The notes beneath the pieces are model-generated. The model had not been told where the DNA came from. It saw only the letters and a program-made list of their open reading frames with translations, and searched no databases. From assembly GCA_022820025.1 (NCBI GenBank), contig JAJEGF010000038.1, positions 72,827-136,826 on the forward strand: 64,000 bases of DNA. Direction: 5' to 3'. This stretch comes from Chloroflexota bacterium. GTDB lineage: Bacteria; Chloroflexota; UBA11872. How positions within the stretch are numbered: the stretch's first letter is position 1; each line of letters starts with the position of its first letter. Positions 48,809 to 58,291 of this stretch are shown in pieces. Position numbers and translations under genes: made by a program.

Positions 48809-49388
48809 CAGCCGGCGGGTTGCCCGCGACTTCCTTCGGCGCATTCGTGAGGTCTACAAACTCGTTGCGGCCGCTGAGCTTTCGGACGCATGGCTCGGCG
48901 ACGATGTGCTGATCGTTGGCCACGGCGTTTCACCCTCCTCGCGTCGTGGTCAGCCGGTGTTGCTCAGCAACGGGATGCACCTGAACGTTGAGCTGACGCT
49001 TCGGGCATATCGTGGGCCTGTTTCACGCCTCGAAACAGTGCGAGCTACCTACAGTTATCAGGCCGGGAATCTGCCTCATGATCGCCGTCCGGTTTTCTCG
49101 TACCAGTTTGATCGCGAAACCCGATTTCCATATCCACGCTGCCATCTCCACGTGTATGCGTCGCCCACGGCCTACGCACAGGACCGCGCCTTCCCCCGTC
49201 TGCACCTCCCCACCCGCCGCATCACCCTCGAACAAATCGTCTGGCACCTCATCCAGGAACACGGCGTGCAACCCCGCCGCCCCGACTGGCACCACGTCCT
49301 CTGGCGCCACGAAACCCGGTTCCGCGACACCCACCGCACCAAACCCTGGCCCTACGACCCACCCTTCCCACCGCCCCATCCCACCTAA
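48786..49388 (+). CDS. Hypothetical protein B (about 200 aa), translationally coupled to A2
   Basis: Its start overlaps the A2 3' end. A truncated homolog of its first ~30 codons (RAARDFLRRIRNAV..) follows A1 at 48447-48547. Confidence 0.5.
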   Translation: MPSPSSYSSRRVARDFLRRIREVYKLVAAAELSDAWLGDDVLIVGHGVSPSSRRGQPVLLSNGMHLNVELTLRAYRGPVSRLETVRATYSYQAGNLPHDRRPVFSYQFDRETRFPYPRCHLHVYASPTAYAQDRAFPRLHLPTRRITLEQIVWHLIQEHGVQPRRPDWHHVLWRHETRFRDTHRTKPWPYDPPFPPPHPT

Positions 49389-49461
49389 GGCCGGCGTCCC
49401 CGACCTACCCGTCTTCTTCCTATCCCCTTCCCCTCCGCTCTCACCTCTCACTCCTCTTAGC

Positions 49462-50748
49462 TCACTCCTTCCCCCTGAAGTACAACGCCACCTTCCGCAA
49501 CGCCCGCACGATGTCGTCAATATCCGCATCGCTCAGATGCGGCCACATGTTGAACCCGACCGTGCGACCCATCAGCGCTTCTCCGTTCGGACACGTGCCC
49601 GGCCCGTATTCCACCGCCCGGTCCCGCGCATGGTCGAAGGGGAAGCGGCCGCGGCCGTAGCAATCGGGTCCGGCCAGGAACGAATCGTTGTACAGCGGCC
49701 CGCCCCCGCCCATGCGCGGCAGTCCGGTCGACGGATGCCGCGCATCCACGCTGTTCTCGGCCTTGATCAGCAGCACGCCCTCGTGGCGCACCGCGTCGGC
49801 AAACACGTCCGCCGAGCAGCCCAGCCGTTCCGTGTCCAGGCTGAACCCCAGGATCCAATAGGTATGGCGGTCGCCCGGCCGCACCGCCTGCGGGGTCAGC
49901 TCGTCGATGTCGGCCAGGCCGTCGATGATTCGCTCCGCGGCCCGGATCTTGCTGGCGATATACCCGTCCACCTTCTCCAACTGCACCAGCAGCACCGCCG
50001 CCGTCAGGTCATTGATGATGTAGTGCGGCGCCAGGAAGTAGTGACCGTACGGTCGGTCGGCATACGGACCGCCCGCGCGCGGCAGCGCCACGTCGTGAAA
50101 CAGCACCGCCCGCTCCCAGAGCGCCGTGTCGTTCGTAAGCACCGCCCCGCCCGTACCCGCCGACAGGTGCTTGCCCCCAAAGCTGAACCCCGCCAGGTCG
50201 CCAATACTCCCGACGACTTGGCCTTGGTATTCCGCGAAATGCGCCTGCGCGCAGTCCTCGATCAGCGCCAGGTCGTGACGCCGCGCGATGGTCTGCAGCG
50301 ACCGCATGTCGCACGGATTGCCCAGGTAGTGCACTGCGATGATGGCCCGCGTGCGCGGCGTGATCTTGGCCTCAACGTCGGCCGGATCCAGCGTGTACGT
50401 CTCGTCGATGTCGGCAAAGACCGGCACGCAGTTCTGCAGCAGCGCGCCCATGATCGTCCCGCCGGCCGTCCACGGCGTCACGATGATCTCGTCGCCCGGC
50501 TCCGGGTTGATGGCGCCAATGCACACGTGCATGGCTGCGGTCCCCGACGTCACCGCGATCGCGTGCTTCACCCCGTGACGGGCCGCAAACGCCCGCTCGA
50601 ACGCATCGACCTTCGGTCCCTTGCCCACGTGCCCCGACCGCACCACCTCGGACAGCGCCGCAATATCGTCATCCCCAAACACATGCCCCGGCCCAAACGG
50701 CCGCGTGCGAACCGGCGCCCCACCCTCAATCGCCAACCGCTCCCTCAT
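49462..50748 (-). CDS. DegT/DnrJ/EryC1/StrS family PLP-dependent aminotransferase
   Basis: Family motifs throughout (e.g. AVTSGTAAMHV, FSFGGKH). ATG at 50748; the upstream extension in the track is spurious. Confidence 0.8.
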   Translation of the reverse strand: MRERLAIEGGAPVRTRPFGPGHVFGDDDIAALSEVVRSGHVGKGPKVDAFERAFAARHGVKHAIAVTSGTAAMHVCIGAINPEPGDEIIVTPWTAGGTIMGALLQNCVPVFADIDETYTLDPADVEAKITPRTRAIIAVHYLGNPCDMRSLQTIARRHDLALIEDCAQAHFAEYQGQVVGSIGDLAGFSFGGKHLSAGTGGAVLTNDTALWERAVLFHDVALPRAGGPYADRPYGHYFLAPHYIINDLTAAVLLVQLEKVDGYIASKIRAAERIIDGLADIDELTPQAVRPGDRHTYWILGFSLDTERLGCSADVFADAVRHEGVLLIKAENSVDARHPSTGLPRMGGGGPLYNDSFLAGPDCYGRGRFPFDHARDRAVEYGPGTCPNGEALMGRTVGFNMWPHLSDADIDDIVRALRKVALYFRGKE

Positions 50749-50830
50749 CCCGCGCCTCCCGCACCGTCCCCCCGATGCCCGCCGATCATCCCATCCCCTC
50801 GCGCCCCCATCCCTGGGGCGCCCGCTCATA

Positions 50831-51074
50831 CCCTCTCCATTGAGAGACCTTTGCACAACGCCCCTCCCCCTCAGAGGAGACGCCGTCTTATTCCCTCTCC
50901 CTGGCAGGGAGAGGGCTAGGGTGAGGGTCGAAAGCCCGGAATCGCTCCCAAGCCCCGAGCCAACCACGCCGCCCCCGTCGCCGCCGCCGTTCTTCCCCTC
51001 TCCTGGGGAATAGACGAGGGGTCTTCCTGGCAACCAAGCCCGGGTTACGCAAAGGTCTCCATTGAGGGAGAGGG
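50831..51074. repeat. Dispersed repeat copy B with ~25-bp terminal inverted repeats (MITE-like); homology continues to about 51290
   Basis: Left CCCTCTCCATTGAGAGACCTTTGC (50831-) and right GCAAAGGTCTCCATTGAGGGAGAGGG (51049-51074). Internal modules are shared with copies A and D. The downstream ~75-bp block gaccggagacatggtttacacatccagcgctg...accgggatgtgcc is shared with copy C. Confidence 0.55.
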
Positions 51075-51389
51075 CAGGGTGAGGGTGGCTGCCACCCCCA
51101 GCACCCACGCCAAGGCAACAGCAACCCACCACGTTGAGCCCTCACTCTCTTCCCTCTCCCTGGCAGGGTGTGTAGACCGGAGACATCATGAACACCCGTT
51201 CGGAGACATGGTTTACACATCCAGCGCTGAGATGGAGGACCGGGATGTGCCATCGACGAGTGAGCGTTCTCCAGGCCTGATCCGGAGTCCAAAGACCGGG
51301 ACAGTGAAGTCGAACAGTTGACACGCAAGCACGCGCTTGCATATCGTGCGCCCTGACATGCAAGCGGACACTTGCCTTAGACTAGTCGT

Positions 51390-51674
51390 GTGGACGTATA
51401 TCGGGCGATCGCTGACCCAACCAGGCGGGCCATCCTGGATGAACTCGTCGATCGGTCAGGTCAATCGCTCTTCGAAATCTGCGCACGCCTGACCATGAAG
51501 CACGGCATCAACTCCTCGCGGCAAGCGATCACCCAGCACCTGGGCGTCTTGGAGGCCGCCGGGCTGATTCGCACCAGGCGCGAGGGCAGGTCGAAGCTCC
51601 ATTGGTTCCAGGGCGGCCCGCTGAAGGCCATCGCCGAGCGTTGGCCGATCGCAACAGATGAAAGGGACATGTGA
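51390..51674 (+). CDS. ArsR/SmtB family transcriptional regulator
   Basis: ADPTRRAILDELVDRSGQSLFEI...HLGVLEAAGLI; GTG start. Confidence 0.75.
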   Translation: MDVYRAIADPTRRAILDELVDRSGQSLFEICARLTMKHGINSSRQAITQHLGVLEAAGLIRTRREGRSKLHWFQGGPLKAIAERWPIATDERDM

Positions 51675-51677
51675 ACG

Positions 51678-52073
51678 ATGAGAATCCACCTCGCCGGCGT
51701 CTTCGTAGACGACCAACAGAAGGCGCTTCGCTTCTACACCGAAACGCTTGGCTTCCAGCTCAAGCACAACATTCCCTTGGGCGAATACGCCTGGATCACG
51801 GTGGTATCCCCGGAAGACCCTGAGGGGACGGAGTTCCTGCTTGAGCCTGATGCCCATCCCGCGGTCCGTCCGTTCGTGAAGGCGCTTGTCGAGGACGGGA
51901 TCCCCAGCACCTCCTTCGCGGTCGACGACGTGCAAGCCGAATACGAGCGTCTCCAGGCAAAAGGCGTGCAATTCGTACAGCCGCCAACCGACCTCGGCCC
52001 AGTCATCACCGCGATCCTCGACGACACGTGCGGCAACCTGATCCAGATCCAAGAGGAGAAACCCCAGCCGTAA
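51678..52073 (+). CDS. VOC/glyoxalase family protein
   Basis: MRIHLAGVFVDDQQKALRFYTETLGFQL... Confidence 0.75.
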   Translation: MRIHLAGVFVDDQQKALRFYTETLGFQLKHNIPLGEYAWITVVSPEDPEGTEFLLEPDAHPAVRPFVKALVEDGIPSTSFAVDDVQAEYERLQAKGVQFVQPPTDLGPVITAILDDTCGNLIQIQEEKPQP

Positions 52074-52084
52074 CGATCTTGAGC

Positions 52085-52330
52085 GGACTCACCAGCCCCC
52101 TTGGAGCCCTTTGCATAACCTGAGGGGCGGGTGTGCGGTGTCAATCTCCTCAAGGTGGCGCCGCACTTTCCCTCCTTCTCTTCTCAACCTCCTTCTCACT
52201 CCTCTGCCCTCTCCCCTCTCCCCTTCCACATGTCCAGACCGGACACATGGTTTACACATCCAGCGCTGCGGCGGAGCACCGGGATGTGCCGTTTGCGGGG
52301 CGACAGGTGAGCGATCAGCGCCGAGCGATC
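52085..52330. repeat. Dispersed repeat copy C
   Basis: Shares gtgtcaatctcctcaaggtggcgccgcactttccc with copy A and the conserved 75-bp block with copy B. Confidence 0.5.
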
Positions 52331-52331
52331 C

Positions 52332-52826
52332 CTAAAGGCCGTCCAATTCTTCGCGCAGTGCTGAAACGCTGGCCTCAATAGGCTGTCCCGCCGTGTCAAT
52401 GACGACAGTGGCTCCCCAGGGCTCATACTCCCGATCGCAAACCTCCTGCCATGTCGGTAGCTCGTGTCCGACGATGTCGGCTGTCCGAGTCTCAACCCTG
52501 CGCCGATGCTCCGCCCGGTCGGAACACACGACCTCGATCTCCACATAACGCCTGCCCGTCCGCCGAGCGACGCTTCGCCATGCGGACCTCGTGACTTCCA
52601 CCGGGTTCACGGAGTCGGCGATCACCGTGCGACCCAACCTCAGGTTGTCCTCGGCAATCGCATAAGCCACCGCATACCCCTCCGGCCCCGACACATCCAC
52701 ACCGGAGTTGCGCAGCGCCTGCTCAATCGAATCGATCCGCAAATGCACCGCCCCAATCTCGCGCGCCAGCCCCGTGGCGACGGTCGTTTTCCCAACCCCG
52801 GGAAGGCCGCCAAGGATCAACAGCAC
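52332..52826 (-). CDS. P-loop kinase / AAA_33-type ATP-binding protein
   Basis: LILGGLPGVGKTT Walker A, 164 aa. Confidence 0.65.
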   Translation of the reverse strand: MLLILGGLPGVGKTTVATGLAREIGAVHLRIDSIEQALRNSGVDVSGPEGYAVAYAIAEDNLRLGRTVIADSVNPVEVTRSAWRSVARRTGRRYVEIEVVCSDRAEHRRRVETRTADIVGHELPTWQEVCDREYEPWGATVVIDTAGQPIEASVSALREELDGL

Positions 52827-52900
52827 GGAATCGTCGGTATCAATGCGCTCGCAGTCCCATGCGCTGAAATCTCGGCACTGGTAGGAAACCGGCGCGGAGC

Positions 52901-53818
52901 CTACTCCGCGATCTCAATCAGCAGCCGGCAATGATCGCTTGATCCCCACTCTTTCACCTCGTTCATCGCTCGGACCGTTATGCCTTCGTGAAACCCGCGG
53001 GAAGCGAAAGCGAAGTCCAGTTGGTTGACCGCTTCAGCCGGTGACCCAAGCTTGGGGGTAAAGGTGACAACGTTCCGAGAGTCCGACGGCTGGCCCTTTG
53101 GCGGGGTTTCTGCCTTGCGACCACTCGGAGCCTGCGGCCCCACAAATTCCAGACCGATCGCCGTCATCCTGTCGAAAACAGACCGATAGCGTGCCTCCCA
53201 ATATGGGTTGCCAGCGTCACCGTATCCATGTAAGACGTTGAGATCTCCTGCGGCGATAATGCGATGCGTCGTCGAGTCTTCGCGCCCAATGAAACCTGAG
53301 ATGTCGGAAACGATGCGATGGGCTGAGGCATCTGCATAAATCCACGATGACCCGACGCTGCGATGCGTGTCCAGCCATCGCCCATACATGGAAACTGCTA
53401 TGAACGGCTCAATCGAGCCGTCCCTCGGCGTCACACGCGCCGCCGCAATCGTCCCAATGCCGCTGACGGCGATCTCGTTCTCACCAGCCCACGGGCTCGG
53501 GCCGACCTGCTTGAACCAATCGACCCTCACTCTGTCCGAGAGTCGCACCACCATCGGCCATCGGTCATAGAGTGCGGGCCAGTCCCGCCCGTGCCACCAG
53601 TCGGAGTTCCACCAATGCGAGTCCCAGGACTCCTTTGGTCCGATGTCCGGAAGTCCCTCGTTCTCGTCCGACCGAAGCCCCGCATCCTCCTGGTCTATGA
53701 CGTCCGAGGGTGGCGGCACTGCCTCCTGCAGAAGCGCGATGTCGGCGCCCATCTGAACCAACTCACGCCAAGGCTCAAGGCTCCTGGCAGTGTTCCAACT
53801 CACAACTCTTACGCCCAA
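52901..53818 (-). CDS. Endonuclease/exonuclease/phosphatase (EEP) family protein
   Basis: VVSWN, ALLQE, GDLN, SSDHCRLL motifs; noticeably lower GC. Confidence 0.65.
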   Translation of the reverse strand: MGVRVVSWNTARSLEPWRELVQMGADIALLQEAVPPPSDVIDQEDAGLRSDENEGLPDIGPKESWDSHWWNSDWWHGRDWPALYDRWPMVVRLSDRVRVDWFKQVGPSPWAGENEIAVSGIGTIAAARVTPRDGSIEPFIAVSMYGRWLDTHRSVGSSWIYADASAHRIVSDISGFIGREDSTTHRIIAAGDLNVLHGYGDAGNPYWEARYRSVFDRMTAIGLEFVGPQAPSGRKAETPPKGQPSDSRNVVTFTPKLGSPAEAVNQLDFAFASRGFHEGITVRAMNEVKEWGSSDHCRLLIEIAE

Positions 53819-53872
53819 ATTGCCCTCCGATGATCCAGATGTCTCTTAACGCGCCTCGGGACTAGCCCAGCG

Positions 53873-54601
53873 TTACCGATCACGCTGAGTCGATACCTCG
53901 GCAGCCACGCCGAAATGGTCTGAGAGTTTCCTCCCATCGTGAATGTTGCTGATCGCATCCACGGAGTCGACCGCCCAATCCGCACTCAGCGCCATGTGGT
54001 CGATGCTCTTGCGACCCTGGAAGGCAAGATCCGCCGTCACGATCCGCAGGTTCGGCTCAAAGGCCTCTTGGAGCGCCGATCGAAGCGCCCGAGGTGCCCG
54101 GCTTCCCTGACCGATTCTCTGGTTGAAATCTCCCATCACTATCAACCGCTTCCCATCGACCCGCTCGAGAATCTTCGTAAGGCCCACCAGGTACTCCTCA
54201 TGGTCCTGCCACTGCAACCTCCGCTCCGACCCGCGCCGAGCCTCGGTCCGCGACCCGAACCACGGAATGCAGATCCCAATCACCACAACCTCGCCCACCG
54301 ACGTCTGCGTAACGCCTGAAACAAAGCGTCCCGGCGGCAGCGAATCCATCCCCAGGTCATCAACCTGGCGCCACGGTTCCCTCGACCAGAGCAACACCTT
54401 ACGCCGGTTCTTCTGTAGCCCGTACCCATAGTCCGCCCGCGAGCAAATCGCGTGTCCACCCTGGCCAAGCAGCTCGTCATGCGTCTCGGTCAGACAAACA
54501 ATCTCCGGGTCATGTCGATCAATACGACCCAGGATTTCAGGCGTTCGCCACGACCTCGGCGTAGCAAACTCAACATTCCAGTTGACTATGCTCAGAGACA
54601 T
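53873..54601 (-). CDS. Endonuclease/exonuclease/phosphatase (EEP) family protein (second, tandem)
   Basis: IVNWNVE, VCLTE, MGDFNQ, LSDHFGV motifs; lower GC. Confidence 0.65.
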   Translation of the reverse strand: MSLSIVNWNVEFATPRSWRTPEILGRIDRHDPEIVCLTETHDELLGQGGHAICSRADYGYGLQKNRRKVLLWSREPWRQVDDLGMDSLPPGRFVSGVTQTSVGEVVVIGICIPWFGSRTEARRGSERRLQWQDHEEYLVGLTKILERVDGKRLIVMGDFNQRIGQGSRAPRALRSALQEAFEPNLRIVTADLAFQGRKSIDHMALSADWAVDSVDAISNIHDGRKLSDHFGVAAEVSTQRDR

Positions 54602-54769
54602 AAACTTAGGTTCTTCGTGTATATGCCAAATCGACTAGTCGTGCTCTTTTGCGCTCAATAGCGTAAGAGACGTGCACAGGCTAACATACTTGCGTCTGAG
54701 TCGACCAATGTGCCACGCTGAACATCAACGCTATTCAGTCATAGATGCTGGGATGCTAGGGAGACTGCC

Positions 54770-55735
54770 ATGCCTGAGCGTGAAGACGAGAGCGAGCAGT
54801 TGGCCGTTCGCGACAGGTGGGAGCATGAGGCGCTCAACTTCACCCCTTGGCTGGCCGAGAATCTTCAGGTGCTGGGCGATTCGCTGGGGCTAAAGCTGGA
54901 ATGGCTCCAATCGGAAGTGCCGATAGGTCCGTATTTTCTCGACATTCTGGCGAGAGAGACTCGCGAGGATGTGAAGGTAGCCATTGAGAACCAGCTGGAA
55001 GAGACCAATCTCCACCATCTCGGCCAGCTACTCACTTATGCGACCGGATGTGGTGCGCACATTGCTATATGGGTGGCGCCGGAATTCGGCTACGAGCACG
55101 CCCAGGCTCTCCATCTGCTCAACGAATGGACGAATGAGCGGATTCGCTTCTACGGCGTGAAAGTCGAGGTCATCAAGAAGGCCGGTGCCCTATTCCCAGA
55201 GCCGAGATTCCGCGAGGTCGTCTACCCCGGCGGCTGGAACAAGGCCCTCACTCTCCCGTCGGGAGAGATGTCCCTGACCAAACGGCAACACCACGAGTTT
55301 TTTCAACCCATCGTTAGCAAGCTGCTCGCAGACGGCTTTGCCGATAGCGCGCACCTGAACTTCTGGTACGCTGATCGCATTTTTCCTTCCCGCATCCACA
55401 AGAAAATAGGGTACGCGGTGTCCCTGGATAAAGGCAAAGCTTGGGTAACACTCCATATCCGATTAGAAGACAAACTGCGGACTAAGCAAGTGTTCGATAA
55501 GTTGGAGGAACACCGTGAGCATATCCAGGAGAGTGTAGAACCCGGTCCCGGCACGGATTGGCGCTGGAATAGGCATGATCGACATTTGTTCTCCAGCGTG
55601 AACATCAGACGCGAAGGGTCAATTGACGATCCTCCGGCGAAGCTGGACGAGACCAGAGCCTGGATGCTCGATCTGCTGCCGAAGCTTAAGGAGGTCTTCG
55701 ACCCGCACCTCGAGGAGATTTTGGCTTCCATGTAG
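54770..55735 (+). CDS. PD-(D/E)XK-like nuclease-fold protein (DUF4268-like)
   Basis: YFLDILARETREDVKVAIENQLEETNLHHLGQLLTYATGCGAHIAIWVAPEF core. Divergent from the EEP genes across an AT-rich 168-bp spacer. Confidence 0.55.
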   Translation: MPEREDESEQLAVRDRWEHEALNFTPWLAENLQVLGDSLGLKLEWLQSEVPIGPYFLDILARETREDVKVAIENQLEETNLHHLGQLLTYATGCGAHIAIWVAPEFGYEHAQALHLLNEWTNERIRFYGVKVEVIKKAGALFPEPRFREVVYPGGWNKALTLPSGEMSLTKRQHHEFFQPIVSKLLADGFADSAHLNFWYADRIFPSRIHKKIGYAVSLDKGKAWVTLHIRLEDKLRTKQVFDKLEEHREHIQESVEPGPGTDWRWNRHDRHLFSSVNIRREGSIDDPPAKLDETRAWMLDLLPKLKEVFDPHLEEILASM

Positions 55736-56039
55736 CCATCAGTAGCTCGGACCGGCCGCCGACCGCCCAGTGCTTCGCAAGACGATCGACGAGAACAGCA
55801 GGCTCAAAAGTCCCTAGTGGATGGCAGGTCACGACGACTGCTCTCCTACGCCAGAGAGACTAGTGTTAGCAACCTCGCCTTCGGGAAATCCCGCCACGAT
55901 CTAGAGCTTGCCACCCACAGCGTCAATGTTTGTCCTCGGGCTTTGCACGCCGGCCTCAGCCTACCTCGGTGTAAATTGCCGGATCTCATAATTGAACTGG
56001 CCCGTGCATAAGATGTAAACGTCTTGTCCGTTTGCAGCC

Positions 56040-57680
56040 TCACACCCAGCTCGCAACCGTCTCGACAATCCACTCACCGTTTGCATGGGCGGAGGCTCTG
56101 ATAGTCACATAGTCCTGCGAACTAGTGGACACTTGATAAGAGATATCCATACGCTTGTATTGAGACTCTATCAACTGGCCATCTCTGCTGTATAACTCGG
56201 CGCGACCGGAGTCGGCTACAATAAACTGATAGGTCGTTCGATACTGTTGTTCAACCAGACAGCCCGACCCTACGTTCACTCGAAGGCCAGGCTCACAATT
56301 CTCAGTAATCTCTGGCAGCGGCGAAGGGGCAGTAGAAGTCGGCGGAGCTGACTGATTCTGTCGGTTGTCCCCCCAACAGGCGATTGATCCACCTTCGAGA
56401 ATTCCGCAGCCGTGTGATAGACCTGTGGAGACATCGATGAACGCATGGCTCGCGGGAATCCGGTCGAGCTCGATGCTACCACCCAGTAGGGTAGTCCAAC
56501 ATGTCGCCGAGCCTTCCAAATCAAGCCCGCATCGATATGCTTCCGAACCATGACTGACATGGCTGCCAAGGTGAGAAAGCCTGAGATTAGGAAATGGGTG
56601 GTGGATGTCTGCTGAAAATTTGCTCCAGCAAGCCACAGTCCCGTCAACTGTCAAGCCGCACGTACTATCGAAACCTCCACTTATGGATATAAACCGTTCT
56701 TGTAGATACATGACAGTCTGATCTTTGACATTCCCCCAGCATAAAGCGGTGTTGTCCTGTCGAACACCGCACGTATAGTCGAAGCTCGCAGTAATTGCCG
56801 CGAACTTCTCCCCCGGTGGAACCGATGACTGGCCCGCCCAGTTGGCGCCCCAGCAAACCGCTGAACCATCCGTTCGGAGAGCGCACGCGTGGCTGTCTCC
56901 GCTGCTAAGGGCGGTGAACCTTTTGTCTTGCGGAGGAGGGCCCAGCGGTTGTGGGTGGCCGAGGATCGGTCCGTTCGTCTCAGGCCGTCCTCCCCAGCAT
57001 GCTGCGGAACCATCCACGCGGAGTGCGCATACATGAGCGGCGCCGCTACTGACCGCGATGAATTTCTCGTCGTGCGGAGGCGTCGGCTGACCATACTCGC
57101 CGCTTCCCCAGCACACGACCGTTCCGTTGGCTCGAAGCGCGCAGGTATGTAAGTGCCCGCTGGTGATAGCAGTGAAGCGGTCAGCGCCACTCGATTGGAC
57201 GGCGGGGCGCTCCGGCTGAGGGGCTGCGAGGTCGAACGCCCAACCAAACACGCCGCGTACGTCCTCCCGGTGATCGTTTCGGCAAGCCGGTTCGGCCTGG
57301 TCGCCAAACACTCGCTGGTAGATCTCCACGTTGTTGTGGTTGCCGAGGTGGTTCTCGACGATGTCGTTGAGCTCCACGCAGTCCGCCGGCCAGGCCAGGT
57401 CGGGAACGTCCGACTGCGATTCCGAGGCAGCCTCATCGAACGCCCACGCAAACACGCCGCGCACGTCATCCCGGTGGTCGTTCTGACAGGCCTGTTCGGC
57501 CTGGTCGCCAAACACCCGCTGATAGATCCCAACGTTGGTGTCGTTCCCCACGTGCGCCTCGACAATGTCGTTCAGATCAACACAAGTCGTTGGCCACTGG
57601 GCAAAGACTGGCGTCGCGAGTGCGGCAATGGTCACGGCCGCCACAACCACCGCTGCGCAGGTCGCCCTGGTGATTCTCAT
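56040..57680 (-). CDS. Secreted RCC1-repeat (beta-propeller) protein with two N-terminal ~55-aa tandem repeats
   Basis: Signal peptide; seven or more GxxHxCALRxDGSxxCWG repeats; CVDLNDIVEAHVGN...VRGVFAWAFD duplicated; GC falls to about 50% in the 3' half. Confidence 0.7.
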   Translation of the reverse strand: MRITRATCAAVVVAAVTIAALATPVFAQWPTTCVDLNDIVEAHVGNDTNVGIYQRVFGDQAEQACQNDHRDDVRGVFAWAFDEAASESQSDVPDLAWPADCVELNDIVENHLGNHNNVEIYQRVFGDQAEPACRNDHREDVRGVFGWAFDLAAPQPERPAVQSSGADRFTAITSGHLHTCALRANGTVVCWGSGEYGQPTPPHDEKFIAVSSGAAHVCALRVDGSAACWGGRPETNGPILGHPQPLGPPPQDKRFTALSSGDSHACALRTDGSAVCWGANWAGQSSVPPGEKFAAITASFDYTCGVRQDNTALCWGNVKDQTVMYLQERFISISGGFDSTCGLTVDGTVACWSKFSADIHHPFPNLRLSHLGSHVSHGSEAYRCGLDLEGSATCWTTLLGGSIELDRIPASHAFIDVSTGLSHGCGILEGGSIACWGDNRQNQSAPPTSTAPSPLPEITENCEPGLRVNVGSGCLVEQQYRTTYQFIVADSGRAELYSRDGQLIESQYKRMDISYQVSTSSQDYVTIRASAHANGEWIVETVASWV

Positions 57681-57834
57681 TGCACCTCGCCTCTCGTCAA
57701 TTAGCAGGAGACAGTTCCTGGCGCCCGTGCATGGACTGTTGACTCCGCGTTCTGCGGGTGACGCTTGCCGTCAGGTCGTGTTCCGCGCATCGGAGCGGCG
57801 ATGACCAAGACGAACAGCACCGCCGGAGACCTTT

Positions 57835-57960
57835 GCCCAACGCCCCTGACCCTCAAACTGTCCGGCGTCCTCTTAATCCCTCGCCTGGGGGAGAGGGTTG
57901 GAGTGAGGAGTCTTTCGGGCAACCGCCCTCCGGTTATGAAACAGTCGCATTGGACCAAAC
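57835..57960. repeat. Dispersed repeat copy D
   Basis: gacctttgcccaacgcccct...ccctcgcctgggggagagggttggagtgagg...gggcaaccgccctccggttatgaaac, homologous to the left half of copy B. Confidence 0.5.
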
Positions 57961-57970
57961 GTCACTGCGG

Positions 57971-58291
57971 TTACTCTCCCACGTCGGAGAAATTGGTGAT
58001 AGCCACCTCGCCTTCCGGAAACTCCGCCACGATCCTGAGCTTGCCGCCCACCGCCTCGATATACGACCGCAGGCTCGACACATACACGTCCGCCCGCTGC
58101 TCCAACTTGGACACCGCCGGCTGGTTCACCTTCAGCATCTTCGCCATGTCCCGCTGGGTCAGCGCCCGCGCCCGGCGAAGCTCATGCAGCGGCATTTCGG
58201 CCAATAACTCCCGCTTCATATCGTCCACGCGCCGGCGTCGCTCCGGCGTGAAGTCCTTGGTCAGTTCGCTAAACGGATGGCGTCCACTCAT
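57971..58291 (-). CDS. HigA-type (Xre HTH) antitoxin
   Basis: LHELRRARALTQRDMAKMLKVNQPAVSKLEQRADVYVSSL. Confidence 0.75.
   Translation of the reverse strand: MSGRHPFSELTKDFTPERRRRVDDMKRELLAEMPLHELRRARALTQRDMAKMLKVNQPAVSKLEQRADVYVSSLRSYIEAVGGKLRIVAEFPEGEVAITNFSDVGE

Noticed and set aside
42283-57960. CRISPR array interpretation of the GGGAGAGG-containing repeats
   Set aside because: The copies are kilobases apart, are mosaic rather than identical, and have no regular spacing. No cas genes are present.
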